Counted from the stretch's first letter, positions 1 to 11,020 are shown. The stretch: DNA of 64,000 bases from Candidatus Bathyarchaeota archaeon (GCA_963807605.1 CAWECG010000001.1:73152-137151); one strand, 5' to 3'. The notes: generated from the letters alone by a model not told the origin. Program-made: numbers and translations.

Positions 1-760
1 AGCCAGGCGGATTCTCCTCACAATGGGATTCGCAGAGCATGAAGGCCCACTGGTTGAGGCTGAGTTCTGGAACTTCGACGTTCTATTCCAAGCTCAAGAT
101 CACCCAGCCCGCGAGATACATGACAGTTACATCCTCAGAAATCCCACCACAGCAGATCTCGACGATGAAGAGTTAGTTGAGAGGGTGAGAAGAACTCATG
201 AGAACGGCTGGAAAACTGGATCAACAGGATGGGGTTACACATGGAATCAAAAAATTGCTGAAAGACTCATCTTGCGAACCCAAACAACCGCTGTTTCGAT
301 GAGGTATCTATCCTCGCACAAAGATCCTCCAGTGAAGATGTTCTGTCTATCAAAGGTCTTCAGGCCTGATGTTCTCGATGCAAAACACTCGATGGAGTTC
401 ACGCAACTAGAAGGCATAGTTGGCGATAGGGGAATCAACCTGCGTCATCTGCTAGGTTTTCTTGAGACGTTCGCTTCCGCCATGAGACTTGGCAAGATTA
501 GATTCAAACCAGGATACTTTCCCTTTACAGAACCGAGTGTTGAGTCTTTTATCAAACATCCGACCCTTGGTTGGGTCGAGTTTGTCGGTGCCGGAATGTT
601 TCGACCCGAAGTGCTGAAGCCTCTAGGTATTGATTTCCCAGTAATTGCGTGGGGCATAGGCTTCGATAGACTTGCAATGATCGCACTTGGTATCAACGAC
701 ATTAGGGACTTGCACTCGAAAAGACTCGAATGGCTAAGAGAGAAGCCGATTAGGTGGTGA
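1..760 (+). CDS. pheS: Phenylalanyl-tRNA synthetase alpha subunit (5'-truncated by window edge)
   Basis: FWNFDVLFQAQDHPARE, LRTQTT, motif 2 FRPD..H..EFTQLEG, YFPFTEPS, GxGMFRPE, AWGIG; the frame is open from base 2. Confidence 0.97.
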   Translation, partial: ARRILLTMGFAEHEGPLVEAEFWNFDVLFQAQDHPAREIHDSYILRNPTTADLDDEELVERVRRTHENGWKTGSTGWGYTWNQKIAERLILRTQTTAVSMRYLSSHKDPPVKMFCLSKVFRPDVLDAKHSMEFTQLEGIVGDRGINLRHLLGFLETFASAMRLGKIRFKPGYFPFTEPSVESFIKHPTLGWVEFVGAGMFRPEVLKPLGIDFPVIAWGIGFDRLAMIALGINDIRDLHSKRLEWLREKPIRW

Positions 761-764
761 AAGG

Positions 765-2465
765 ACGCCGACTCTGAACGTGGGATACAACGATATCTGC
801 AAACTGATAGGAAAAGAAATGCCAATTGAGCTTCTAGAGGAGAAACTATTCCTAATGAAATGTGAAGTTGAGAATGTCTCTGGCGACGAGATGCTTTTGG
901 AGGTAACCTCAGATAGGCCAGATCTCCTTTGCTCAGAGGGAATTGCCAGGGAATTGCGAGGCCTACTCGATGCAGAAACAGGCCTGATAAAGTACAAAAC
1001 TGCTCCGGGGGACATGAGGGTTAACGTTGATCAGTCAATAAAGAGGATCCGACCGTATATCGCAGGGGCCATCGTCAGAAATCTAAGGCTCACAGACGAT
1101 TCTGTCAGACAAATAATGCAGCTCCAGGAGAAACTCCATCTAACATACTGCAGAAACAGAACAAAAGTCTCAGTAGGAGTGCATGACGCAGACAAAGTGA
1201 CACACAAGCTAACCTACGCTGGTATTGCTCCTGGCAAGATAAGGTTCAGACCGTTGGGAGAAGAGAGGGAGATGAACGGGAGCCAGATACTTGAGTCTAC
1301 CCCCAAAGGAAGGGAGTACGGATGGATAATCAAAGACTTTCCCGCGTATCCCCTACTTTACGATTCGAATGGAAACATACTCTCTCTGCCTCCCATCATA
1401 AATGGTGTAGTGACGCAGGTCACGTCCGGAACCACCAATCTACTAATGGATGTGACGGGAACGGATTTGAAACTCGTCAACTTCGTCAACAACATCATAG
1501 TCTCAACTCTAGCAGAGCGAGGGGGAGTAGTAGAGTCAGCGAACGTGATGTATGGTAATCGAGAAATTCGAACACCCGATCTGAAACCATCTACGGCGTC
1601 ACTGAACCTCTCATCCGCCAATGATATGTTAGGCCTAACTCTCAAGGTCAGCGATGTCGTTACCCTTCTTAAGAGAATGAGATACGGAGTCAAGTCAACC
1701 TCAAAGAGAGGTGTCACAGTCCTAGTCCCTCCCTATAGAGCTGACATAATGCATGAAGCTGATCTAGTCGAGGATCTAGCTATCGCTTATGGGTACAATA
1801 AGCTTCAGCCTATAATGCCTTTTACAGCAACCATCGGCTCCGAGAGAGGAATAACGAAGTTGAGCAGGAAGATACGTGATTTGATGGTTGGGCTTGGCTT
1901 TATTGAGGTCTTGAATTACGTGATGACGAGCACGCAATTGATTTCAGAGAAGATGGGTACGCTTTCCGATGGCGTGGTGGAGGTGGCCAACCCATTAAGT
2001 TCGGACTTTGCCGTGCTGAGAAACTGGCTTCTACCAGGTTTACTCAGCTTCTTGAGCTGCAACAAGCATGTTCCGTATCCACAAAAAATCTTCGAGTGTG
2101 GAGACGTGGTCTTAGTAAGCGAAGTTATGCCTACGAAGAGTGTGGCAAAAAAAAGAGTTGGCGCGGTGACGTGCGACTATAAGACCAGTTACGAAGACAT
2201 CCAAGCCTCGCTCTACAGTCTCTTAAAAAATGCGGGGAGCGATGATTGGCAGCCACAGAGAGTTGAGCATCCCTCCTTCATCAAGGGACGCGTTGCAGCA
2301 ATCACGATCTCAGGTAAGGAAGTTGCTCTTCTCGGTGAGATACATCCACAACTTCTGGAGAGGTTCGAAATAGAGAATCCAGTCACAGCGTTCGAGCTGG
2401 ATCTCGAGGCCGCCTTCAAGAGTGTAGACTCTAACGCTGATTACGTGGCCTCGACGAGACAATAG
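765..2465 (+). CDS. pheT: Phenylalanyl-tRNA synthetase beta subunit (archaeal type)
   Basis: DRPDLL, RPYIAG, QLQEKLH, PPIING, VPPYRADIMHEADLVED motifs; follows pheS. Start placed at ACG 765 (gives xPTLNV, matching the usual MPT.. N-terminus); GTG 780 is the alternative. Confidence 0.95.
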   Translation, partial: TPTLNVGYNDICKLIGKEMPIELLEEKLFLMKCEVENVSGDEMLLEVTSDRPDLLCSEGIARELRGLLDAETGLIKYKTAPGDMRVNVDQSIKRIRPYIAGAIVRNLRLTDDSVRQIMQLQEKLHLTYCRNRTKVSVGVHDADKVTHKLTYAGIAPGKIRFRPLGEEREMNGSQILESTPKGREYGWIIKDFPAYPLLYDSNGNILSLPPIINGVVTQVTSGTTNLLMDVTGTDLKLVNFVNNIIVSTLAERGGVVESANVMYGNREIRTPDLKPSTASLNLSSANDMLGLTLKVSDVVTLLKRMRYGVKSTSKRGVTVLVPPYRADIMHEADLVEDLAIAYGYNKLQPIMPFTATIGSERGITKLSRKIRDLMVGLGFIEVLNYVMTSTQLISEKMGTLSDGVVEVANPLSSDFAVLRNWLLPGLLSFLSCNKHVPYPQKIFECGDVVLVSEVMPTKSVAKKRVGAVTCDYKTSYEDIQASLYSLLKNAGSDDWQPQRVEHPSFIKGRVAAITISGKEVALLGEIHPQLLERFEIENPVTAFELDLEAAFKSVDSNADYVASTRQ

Positions 2466-2529
2466 TGCAGAGATCTGATCCAAGTTTCATAGGCAGTTCT
2501 AATCGACGATGCGAAAAGGGTAGATTTCG

Positions 2530-2991
2530 TTGGATAAAATGCCAGTTAAGCCGATAGGATTTGTCAGAACTGAACTTGAAGAAGATGAACTAAGAAAGCG
2601 GCGCTACAATTCAGACTTGGTGATAAACCCCATTTATGAGGATGCTTTGGAAGGGATTGAGGGCTTCTCACATCTCAACATTGTTTTCTGGATGCACCAT
2701 GTATCCAAGGAAGAGAGAAGCAATTTGAAGGTTCGACCGAGGGGTCGCCGAGATATGCCCCTGCTTGGTGTCTTCGCAACTAGGTCTCCACAACGTCCCA
2801 ATCCGATTGGTTTGACACTTGTAGAGTTAATTGAACGGCGAGGAAATATCGTGACCGTCAAAGGGCTCGACGCTATTGACGGCACCCCGATCTTGGATTT
2901 GAAACCATACGATGCATGGGATAGGGCTGAAAAGATACGAGTCCCAAGTTGGCGAAGGAGACTTGAGAGGGACGGCACTCACAAACAATAA
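2530..2991 (+). CDS. tRNA m6t6A37 methyltransferase TrmO/TsaA family
   Basis: KPIG, L.GIEGFSHL, GVFATRSPQRPNPIGLT and GLDAIDGTPILDLKPY signatures. Confidence 0.9.
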   Translation: MDKMPVKPIGFVRTELEEDELRKRRYNSDLVINPIYEDALEGIEGFSHLNIVFWMHHVSKEERSNLKVRPRGRRDMPLLGVFATRSPQRPNPIGLTLVELIERRGNIVTVKGLDAIDGTPILDLKPYDAWDRAEKIRVPSWRRRLERDGTHKQ

Positions 2992-3093
2992 GAGCATCTG
3001 GATCCGTCTCTTTCCAAAAGGCTTTTTTGTCGACTCCTAGCCTTTCGTAAGGATAAACGCCGGAATGAATAGCAACCCATAGAGTGATGAGAA

Positions 3094-4008
3094 TTGGACA
3101 AGACCGAGAAGATTTGGATGGATGGGAGGTTTGTTGACTGGGATGAGGCTAAGATACATGTGTTGACTCACGCATTACATTATGCCACCGCGGTTTTCGA
3201 AGGCATAAGATGCTACAACACAGTCAAAGGCCCAGCCGTCTTCAGGCTTAAAGATCACGTCAATCGCCTCTTCAACAGTGCAAAGATGCACATGATGAAG
3301 ATACCTTACTCAACTGAGGAGATTACCAAAGCAATCAAGGATACTGTCAAAATCAATAAGATCAAGGAATGCTACATCAGACCAATCGTCTACTACGGAT
3401 ACGCTGAGATGGGCCTAAACCCGCGCAAGAATCCTGTCAACGTTGCAATAGCAGCCTGGCCTTGGGGAACCTATCTCGGTGAGGACGGCCTAAAGAAGGG
3501 CGTCAGATGCAAGATATCATCTTGGATTCGTATCGATACTCGCACACTACCCCCGTTGGCCAAATCTACTGCAAACTACTTGAATTCAGTATTTGCAAAA
3601 CTGGAGGCACTCGATTGCGGCTACGATGAAGCCATACTGCTCAACATGGCAGGTCAAATCACAGAAGGCCCAGGTGAGAACATATTCATAGTCAAAGATG
3701 GTTGTCTAGTCACACCTCCAAGGAGCTCTGGAGCCCTGTACGGTTACACCATGGACTCCGTCAAAGAATTGGCTGCAGACTCCGCCATTCCAGTTATGGA
3801 ACGAGAAATTATTCGTGACGAACTGCTCATGGCAGATGAAGCCTTCTTTACGGGAACAGCTGCAGAGCTAACTCCTATAAGGGAAGTCGATGGGCGGACA
3901 ATCGGTTCGGGCTCTATAGGACCCATTACAAAGAGGTTACAAGATAGATTCTTCAACGTCGTACGAGGCAAGGAATCCAGATACGAGAAATGGGTTGATC
4001 TGGTCTGA
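3094..4008 (+). CDS. ilvE: Branched-chain amino acid aminotransferase
   Basis: HALHYATAVFEGIR, YIRP, AK(S)TANY PLP lysine, EGPGENIF, ADEAFFTGTAAE. Confidence 0.95.
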   Translation: MDKTEKIWMDGRFVDWDEAKIHVLTHALHYATAVFEGIRCYNTVKGPAVFRLKDHVNRLFNSAKMHMMKIPYSTEEITKAIKDTVKINKIKECYIRPIVYYGYAEMGLNPRKNPVNVAIAAWPWGTYLGEDGLKKGVRCKISSWIRIDTRTLPPLAKSTANYLNSVFAKLEALDCGYDEAILLNMAGQITEGPGENIFIVKDGCLVTPPRSSGALYGYTMDSVKELAADSAIPVMEREIIRDELLMADEAFFTGTAAELTPIREVDGRTIGSGSIGPITKRLQDRFFNVVRGKESRYEKWVDLV

Positions 4009-4014
4009 GCGGAG

Positions 4015-6912
4015 CTATTCTATGTATATCCCAGGTCGATGAGGCTTTGAAATGCTGGCTCTGTCCTTCGGGTCGTACCGTTGGTCATCATCTTCCTTGT
4101 AAATCTCCACGTCTGCCTTGAGTTCTTTAGATAGGAACTGTGTTGAACTCTCTAATGCGTTGAGTTCATCGACAATTCCTGCCTCAAGCAGCCTTTTCTT
4201 AGATTCGGGGGCCATCTTTGCAATCTCCTTTGAGACTCCTTCGACATATTTTGCAATGTCCTTCATGTGAGTTTTGAGATTCGGATCTGATGCAAACTCC
4301 TTCATGATCACCTTGATCTCTGTGGAACCAGTCCTTTCCTGTTCAAGAAGCTTCAGGAGGCCTCTCCATTTCCACTCTGAGGCGACATAGAGTATAACCC
4401 GCGTGGGAGTTTTCGCCGTTACCCGAACAATACTACTGATATCTTCAAGTGTCTTCCGAACTGTCTCCTCGATGATCTCTGCCTTTATGGCTTTCTTGAA
4501 TTTCTCATGCTTTGGCCATTCTGCCGTTGATACAAAACCGTTCTTCCCAAGACGTTCCCATAATTCTTCGGCTAGGTGCGGCGCGAACGGTGCCATAAGT
4601 CTAATCCAAGCATCGAATACTGCGAATGCGGCATCTCGATTGATATTCTGCTTTCTTCTCAAATACCACCTGAAATCGTTCGAGATCTCATAAATTACGT
4701 TCTCTGCTGCTGCCCGAGTTCTGATCTCTCTAAGATTCTCCGTAATCATTCGGATCCTTTCATGCATTCTGCTGGTGAGCCAATCTTCAAGATGACCAGT
4801 TCCCTCATCTCCCTCAAGATCAAGCATGTCATCAGCTAGATTCATGAACGATTCCAGCTTGTTCCTGACATCTCTAAGGTTCTCTATTCTCCAGTCAGGG
4901 TCGTCCATGTCATCTGCGCCTAGGAGCAGAGCGCACCTTGTCACGTCTGCTCCGTAGTCCTTAATAGCCTTCCGCAGTGTGACTATGTTACCTTTAGATT
5001 TCGACATCTTCTGACCCTCTATCATCAACATGCCATTTACTCCTATCCCCTTTGGCCAGTGTTCCTGCCTGAAGAGGGCTGCATGCTGGAAGAGAAAGAA
5101 GGTCAAGTGGTTTGGAAGAAGTTCTTTGGCTGAGACTCTCAGGTCCACCGGATACCAATAGAGGAACTCTTCACGCATGGCGCTCAGAGTTTCGCGGTTG
5201 ATTCCGGCTTTCAGGGAGACGGTTTTCTCGTCTCCGATTCCTTGGAATATGTAATCGAAGACCTCGTTTGTTAATTGCTGGGGAGAGAGACCGTGTCTGC
5301 GTATCTCGTTGTTTATTGTATAGAAAGCCATGTACACTGTCGAGTCGCTCAGTGTCTCGACAATCCAATCCTTGCTCCACGGAAGAGGAGTGCCCAGACC
5401 TGTCTTCCTAGCACAAGGCCACTCACGATACCAATCAATCACGTCGAGAAACCATTGCCTAGCTGATTCAGGATAGACGCGGGCTCCGGAAAGGAGAAAC
5501 TTGGTTTTCTGCTTCCACGCATCATCTGAGTATCTTAGGAACCATTGTCCTTTGATCTTCTTGACTCTGCAGAGGGTTGTGCAACGACATACGACGCGTT
5601 GAGGCAGATCAAACATTGAATCGATTATCTTGGATTGTTCAAAGTCCTTAACTATGGTATCTTTGACTTCCCGAACCTTCATTCCAGAGTACTGGCCGCA
5701 GTTCTCTTTGAGCACTCCCGTGTGAAATTCTTTCTTGTATACGATCTTCGTTGCTTCTTCACATTTTGGGTCGTTCTGATCTACCACCCCCAGTCGATCT
5801 GAGATCTCTATCGCGGGGAACTCACCGTGGCCTTCCACAGAGATCATACCGATCGGCCTAATGTTCTCAATTTGGGATCTTGAGATTCCATACTTTTCGG
5901 CCAACTCGGGGTTTGCTCTGAGATCTCTGAGGGCTATCCAGTCAAATGGGGCGTGCGCAGGGACACTGTATACAATACCGCTACCGTTAGCTGGGTCCAC
6001 AAACCACCCTGGAAGGATGAGTAGGGGTCGACCAGCTATAGGGTCTTTGCATTCTCTGCCAATCAGCTCGCTTCCTTTTAGCTTCCTGATAATCTCAACA
6101 TTCCTTAGCTGCTCTCTCAGCTTCTCTGTAGCTTGCCAGCTGACAATCCAATCTTCCCCATCGATTCGGGCTTGAACATAGTCCGCGTCAGGATTTATCC
6201 ATAGATTTGTGACTCCGAAGATTGTCTCGGGTCTGAAGGTGGCTGCCACGAGAAAGGCATCATTCAGGCGGAACTTCATCAGTACGTATTCTTCGGGCGA
6301 AACGCCCTCTCCCTCAAGCCTATCATGATCGCCCGTGGGACTTTCGCAGTGAGGACACCAAACAACTGGGTGCGTACCCATGATGACATAGTTTCCCTCG
6401 CGAAGTTTGTGGTACTGCCACTCCACAAACCTGTTGAAGGTCGGCTCGAGAGAGGTTGTGTGAAACTCTCTCCTCCAGTCTATCGAGAAACCGATGCTCT
6501 TAACAGTCTCTCTGTTCTGGTTGGTGTAGTACTGGGCTACGTAGGCGGGGTCACCGAATTTCTTAAGCTCCTCTTCTGGCACACCGTCTATTTCTCTGAA
6601 CTCTTTGACGATTGCTGGGTCGCCCTTCTGTAATCTCTCAGAAGCCCCTGCTATGGTCTCTCCGGTCCAATGCCAAGCCCATGGGAATAGGACATTGTAT
6701 TGTTGCATTCGCATGAATCTGGCGTATGCATCTACCTTTGCAGCAGTGAACCCATGGCCCACATGGAGAGGGCCGTTCATGTATGCGAAGGGGAATGTGA
6801 CAAATACTTTTCGGGTATTTGGATTGCGGTTTGCTTCGAAGAGCTTGGCTTCGCTCCACTTCTTCTGCCATTTCTTCTCGATCTTATCCCAGCCTACTCT
6901 CTGGTGGCTCAT
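4015..6912 (-). CDS. leuS: Leucyl-tRNA synthetase (archaeal type)
   Basis: FPFAYMNGPLHVGH (HIGH), TFRPETIFG editing domain, KMSKSKGN, C-terminal P.RPGIYIE. Confidence 0.96.
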   Translation of the reverse strand: MSHQRVGWDKIEKKWQKKWSEAKLFEANRNPNTRKVFVTFPFAYMNGPLHVGHGFTAAKVDAYARFMRMQQYNVLFPWAWHWTGETIAGASERLQKGDPAIVKEFREIDGVPEEELKKFGDPAYVAQYYTNQNRETVKSIGFSIDWRREFHTTSLEPTFNRFVEWQYHKLREGNYVIMGTHPVVWCPHCESPTGDHDRLEGEGVSPEEYVLMKFRLNDAFLVAATFRPETIFGVTNLWINPDADYVQARIDGEDWIVSWQATEKLREQLRNVEIIRKLKGSELIGRECKDPIAGRPLLILPGWFVDPANGSGIVYSVPAHAPFDWIALRDLRANPELAEKYGISRSQIENIRPIGMISVEGHGEFPAIEISDRLGVVDQNDPKCEEATKIVYKKEFHTGVLKENCGQYSGMKVREVKDTIVKDFEQSKIIDSMFDLPQRVVCRCTTLCRVKKIKGQWFLRYSDDAWKQKTKFLLSGARVYPESARQWFLDVIDWYREWPCARKTGLGTPLPWSKDWIVETLSDSTVYMAFYTINNEIRRHGLSPQQLTNEVFDYIFQGIGDEKTVSLKAGINRETLSAMREEFLYWYPVDLRVSAKELLPNHLTFFLFQHAALFRQEHWPKGIGVNGMLMIEGQKMSKSKGNIVTLRKAIKDYGADVTRCALLLGADDMDDPDWRIENLRDVRNKLESFMNLADDMLDLEGDEGTGHLEDWLTSRMHERIRMITENLREIRTRAAAENVIYEISNDFRWYLRRKQNINRDAAFAVFDAWIRLMAPFAPHLAEELWERLGKNGFVSTAEWPKHEKFKKAIKAEIIEETVRKTLEDISSIVRVTAKTPTRVILYVASEWKWRGLLKLLEQERTGSTEIKVIMKEFASDPNLKTHMKDIAKYVEGVSKEIAKMAPESKKRLLEAGIVDELNALESSTQFLSKELKADVEIYKEDDDQRYDPKDRASISKPHRPGIYIE

Positions 6913-9671
6913 CTCTTGCTCAACTGTTTGGAGACTATTTTCGGTGCGAGGCGAATCATCTTCTGGAGTTTGTCTTTTTCCATTCCGCCGCCCTGTCCGA
7001 AGTAGTTCTTTCCACCGCCTCCTCCTCCGATGATCGCTGTCAGTTCCCTAGCCAGTTCTCCGGCGTCTATTCCGGCTTTTATCGCATCTTTTCCTGCAAA
7101 AACGAAGAGTCTGATAGTCTTCTTTACAAGAAATATGATCGCTACCGCCTTGGGTTCGGCGTTGGTCGTCTTGCTTCCGAGCACTATGATTTCTTCCTCG
7201 TCAGCTTCTTCCTCTTGGCTTACGATCAGCTTGGTTCTGCCGATCTTTCTGGACTTGGCCAGAAGAGTTTCTGCTTCTCTTGTTGCAAGTTCTTCTCGCA
7301 GACGTGAAATCTTCTTAGTTAAAGCGTCCATATCTTTTACGACAATCGCAGCAGCACTTGAGAGATTTTCAATCGGTGTATTCAGCGTCTTGGCTGTCTC
7401 GGAAAGTTCTAGCTCTCTCTCTTGGATCTTCTTGAGAGCTTGCGGGCCCGAGGCGAAGATGATCCTTTCAACTCCGTCCTGAATTCTCTCCGTGCGTAGG
7501 ATCTTGATTATTCCGATTTCACCGGTAGAGCGTACATGTGTTCCTGCGCATGCCTCGACGTCCCAGTCGCCTATCTTGACAATGCGTATCACTGTTCCTG
7601 GGACGGCTCCACCTTGGTAGAGTCGGTATCCGTATTTTCTTTCCGCCTCACCTCGGGATATCCACGCTGTCTCAACGGGAATGTTTCTCGTGATCACCTG
7701 ACATGCCAGATCCTCGATCTTTCTTACCTCTTCTGTGGTGAGATGTTTGAAATGTGAGATGTCCAGACGACTTGTCTCGACATCCTTAGCTGCCCCTGCC
7801 TGCCAAGCGTGTTCACCGAGAACTCGTCGCAATGCTCCGATCAGTATGTGGGTGGAGGTGTGATGCCTCATAAGGCTTAGGCGTCTCTCCCAGTCTATAA
7901 TACCCTTAATCTCTGAACCTACCGCAGGTGTGTTTCCTTCGATGATATGCTCCACGACATCTCCTAGAGACTGAACATTGACTATCTTTGAAGTTTCTCC
8001 GTCGAACTTGATGAGTCCTATGTCGGCGAGTTGCCCCCCGCCTTCAGAGTAGAAGCATGTTTGGTCCAGGATGAGGTGCCTTCCATCAATGACATCGAGA
8101 ACTCTTGCGGTGAACTTCGTAAGATATGGATCTTCGTAGTAGAGCTTTCTCGTCTTTGGGAATGTCGAGGCCTTCTCCTTGAGTATCGTCATCTCAGATG
8201 GTTCTTCGGCTTGTTTGGATTGTAGGTGTCTTTGCGCAACTTTGCCAAAGAAATCTTCTGGAGCTGAAACAGCTATCGATTCCGTCTGTAGGAATTCGCG
8301 CACCATCTCGGGAACGAGACCGTGAGAATCGTAAAGTTCGATTAATGTCTTCTCAGGGATTTCTTTGAGTCCGGACTTCTTGATATCTTGTGATATTCTC
8401 TTGACAAGCTCAACACCTTTGACCAGAGTTCTATTGTACTTCTCCTGTTCCACTTTCAGTTCCTCAATGATCTCGTCCTTCATGATCCCTAAGTTTGGAA
8501 AGTTGTCAGACCAATAAGCTATCTGTCTCTCAACTATGTTGAGGAAGAGTTCCCCGATGCCGAGTGCTCTCAGAATTCTGTAGGCTCGACGCACAAGAAG
8601 CCTGGCGAGATAGCCTTCCTGCATGTTCGAGGGCACCACGCCTTCAGAGAGCAGGAAGCAGAGTGTCTTTGTATGGTCTAGGACTGTGCAGATATTTTGG
8701 AAATTTGAGATTGTTCTCTCGAGTTCTTCGGCAGAGAAACCTAAGCTCTCAGTGCTTCTCACTTTAGTGGCAATTGCGCTGGGGGCTGTTTGGCCGGTCA
8801 TCGTTGAGGAGATTCTAGCACTTGCTGCGATGATTCTTTCGTCAATCTTCAGTCCGGCTAGGTCGGCTACGGTGTCCAGTAAGGTGCCGTAGGTCGCGTG
8901 GAACCCTGTCGGTGAGCCCTGTGATAGCCAAGTCCACCTCTCAATACCGTATCCTGTATCTACCGTTTTTATCGGCATCTCGACCAGTTGTTCACCAACA
9001 TATCTGTACATCATGAATACGAGGGTGGAGATCTCCAAGCCTGAAACGCATGCTTCGACACAAGGGCCGGCGTTGCCGCCGCCTGACCAGAAATCTTCCT
9101 TGTAACAAACTTCCTCTGAATCTACGCCTAGCCCTTGCGTAAGCAGCTCATGATGAAACCTAACGGTCTCATCTTTCCAGTAGATCTTTTTCTCGGAGGA
9201 GTTGAAGGCGTGTGCCCCTCCCATCTCAAAGATTGTCATATGCCTTCCGAATGTCTGGCCTACTTTGTCAATGTCGGTGAATCTGATGCAAGGTTGGCTT
9301 ATCACCAGTGGGTTTGCGGGCGGTGGTATCCTACCTTCCGTTACGTACGGCTGGAAGTTGTAGATGGAGGCACCAACAAGGTAGACATCGTCCCTCCATC
9401 GGGCTATCACAGGGTAGGGGCTGATTATTGTGTGGTTATTCTTTTCAAAAAATTTCAAGAAAAGCTCTCTAAACTGCGGGAGAGAATAACTTCGTTTAGA
9501 CGGTGAATCTCCGATGAAGGCGTATTCTTGGCATGGAGCGTCTCCGCAATTCTTGCTTTCAGCATTCTGTGTCCAATAGTGGACACCGCAGACTTGGCAT
9601 TTTCTCCTATTGAAACCGTTCTCCTTGAAGAAGGAGAGTTCAAATTCACCATCAAGGCTGACCAAACTCAA
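6909..9671 (-). CDS. alaS: Alanyl-tRNA synthetase
   Basis: ASIYNFQP, QPCIRFTDID, WSGGGNAGP, VDTGYGIER, HHTSTH and CAGTH editing motifs, GGGGG DHHA1 tail. Confidence 0.97.
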   Translation of the reverse strand: MSLVSLDGEFELSFFKENGFNRRKCQVCGVHYWTQNAESKNCGDAPCQEYAFIGDSPSKRSYSLPQFRELFLKFFEKNNHTIISPYPVIARWRDDVYLVGASIYNFQPYVTEGRIPPPANPLVISQPCIRFTDIDKVGQTFGRHMTIFEMGGAHAFNSSEKKIYWKDETVRFHHELLTQGLGVDSEEVCYKEDFWSGGGNAGPCVEACVSGLEISTLVFMMYRYVGEQLVEMPIKTVDTGYGIERWTWLSQGSPTGFHATYGTLLDTVADLAGLKIDERIIAASARISSTMTGQTAPSAIATKVRSTESLGFSAEELERTISNFQNICTVLDHTKTLCFLLSEGVVPSNMQEGYLARLLVRRAYRILRALGIGELFLNIVERQIAYWSDNFPNLGIMKDEIIEELKVEQEKYNRTLVKGVELVKRISQDIKKSGLKEIPEKTLIELYDSHGLVPEMVREFLQTESIAVSAPEDFFGKVAQRHLQSKQAEEPSEMTILKEKASTFPKTRKLYYEDPYLTKFTARVLDVIDGRHLILDQTCFYSEGGGQLADIGLIKFDGETSKIVNVQSLGDVVEHIIEGNTPAVGSEIKGIIDWERRLSLMRHHTSTHILIGALRRVLGEHAWQAGAAKDVETSRLDISHFKHLTTEEVRKIEDLACQVITRNIPVETAWISRGEAERKYGYRLYQGGAVPGTVIRIVKIGDWDVEACAGTHVRSTGEIGIIKILRTERIQDGVERIIFASGPQALKKIQERELELSETAKTLNTPIENLSSAAAIVVKDMDALTKKISRLREELATREAETLLAKSRKIGRTKLIVSQEEEADEEEIIVLGSKTTNAEPKAVAIIFLVKKTIRLFVFAGKDAIKAGIDAGELARELTAIIGGGGGGKNYFGQGGGMEKDKLQKMIRLAPKIVSKQLSKR

Positions 9672-9730
9672 CAGCCACCGACGTGCAGGGAAGAGTGAAG
9701 AAGGATATGTGTAGGATCTTTGGGTTTGAC

Positions 9731-10051
9731 TCAGCCGAAGAGAGCACCGAGACCGGCGAGAGCTTCCTCTTCTTTCTTCTCCTCAGTCTTCTTTGCCTCT
9801 GCAGCGGGTGCAGTGGGTGCAGCGGCTGAGGGTGGCGCTGCTGGGGCATAAGTAGCAGTTGACGCCTGTTTTAGAACCTCATCAATCTTTACCTCTGAGA
9901 GTGCAGCTGTGAGTGCCTTCACTCTTGTTTCGTCAACGTTTATTCCCGCGGCTGTAAGGATCTTCTTCAAATTAGCCTCGTCGATAGGTTTTGAGGCTGA
10001 GTGCAGCAACAGCGCCGCATACATGTACATCAAATTCCTTTCCTCTGTCAA
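9731..10051 (-). CDS. rpl12: Ribosomal stalk protein P1 (L12)
   Basis: YAALLLH, Ala-rich hinge, [14 protein letters not shown]-terminus. Confidence 0.96.
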   Translation of the reverse strand: MTEERNLMYMYAALLLHSASKPIDEANLKKILTAAGINVDETRVKALTAALSEVKIDEVLKQASTATYAPAAPPSAAAPTAPAAEAKKTEEKKEEEALAGLGALFG

Positions 10052-10116
10052 TTGTTACGGAATTCTTACACGTGCTATGAAACTTCACACTTAAGGGTTT
10101 CCTTTTGCAATTGATC

Positions 10117-11007
10117 TCAGCTTGCGCCTAAATTCGGTGCAGCTTCTTTACTTATTGCGGCTACTCTATTTGTCAGAGTGGCCATCTCGGTGTAGGCAGT
10201 TCTAAAGATCTCTTTGACAGTATCTGGAGTCACGTATTCGGACTTGACCGCTAGGGAATGGGCTTGCCGCCAAGCTTTTCCGATGATCATTAGGGCGGTT
10301 TCAGGCGTTAGGTAGCCAGCCTCACTGGCTAGAATTAAGGCTTGCATATAGGTACTTGCAATGTTCTTCTTGAAATCTTCAAGATCAAATGCCAATGCAT
10401 CTCGGTTAAGGATTGACCCTTTATCGTAAGCAGCTACGATCGATAGTCCCGCCTCCATAGGCTTCATTCCGAGACGAGTTAGAACTGATGCGAGCTTTGT
10501 TGGGATCGTGTCGCCTTTTCTGGCTACCAGAGTGTCTTTTGCGACCCATATGCTTCCCGACTCAATCTTTGTGGGAATTTTGACTTCGCCAAACTCGCTG
10601 ATTATGGGTCCGGGAGGAAGACCAGTGTTACCCGAAGGAATGGTGATGCTGCTCGTCGCGATGTCTCCTCCTTTTGCGGGAACCTTGACTTTGTTCTTAT
10701 TCAAAAAGAGTATCAACTGAAAGGGATTCATATCAGTAAAGAGCAGAACCAAAGGTCCTCTGATCGATTCTGCGAACTTGCTGATGTTTTTTCTTTCGGG
10801 CTCGAGCTCTTGACTTGCCTTTCTGAAGATCGTATTTTTTGTCACAAGCATCGTTGCCTTGTCCCTCAGCGTCTTTCGAATCTCTTGAATTTGCATTGAC
10901 CTAACACCCCTTAGGTCAGCTGCGGCTACGACGTCATGCATCTTCATGACCCCCTTCATTTTTTCAAGAGCTTCTTTCTTCCATGGCTGGACTTTCCTTG
11001 CAGGCAA
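10117..11007 (-). CDS. rpl10: Ribosomal protein uL10 (P0)
   Basis: WKKE, QIQEIRKTLR, KNT, NPFQL and GNTGLPPGP motifs; lies between L1 and P1. Confidence 0.95.
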   Translation of the reverse strand: MPARKVQPWKKEALEKMKGVMKMHDVVAAADLRGVRSMQIQEIRKTLRDKATMLVTKNTIFRKASQELEPERKNISKFAESIRGPLVLLFTDMNPFQLILFLNKNKVKVPAKGGDIATSSITIPSGNTGLPPGPIISEFGEVKIPTKIESGSIWVAKDTLVARKGDTIPTKLASVLTRLGMKPMEAGLSIVAAYDKGSILNRDALAFDLEDFKKNIASTYMQALILASEAGYLTPETALMIIGKAWRQAHSLAVKSEYVTPDTVKEIFRTAYTEMATLTNRVAAISKEAAPNLGAS

Positions 11008-11020
11008 TCATGTTACACCT

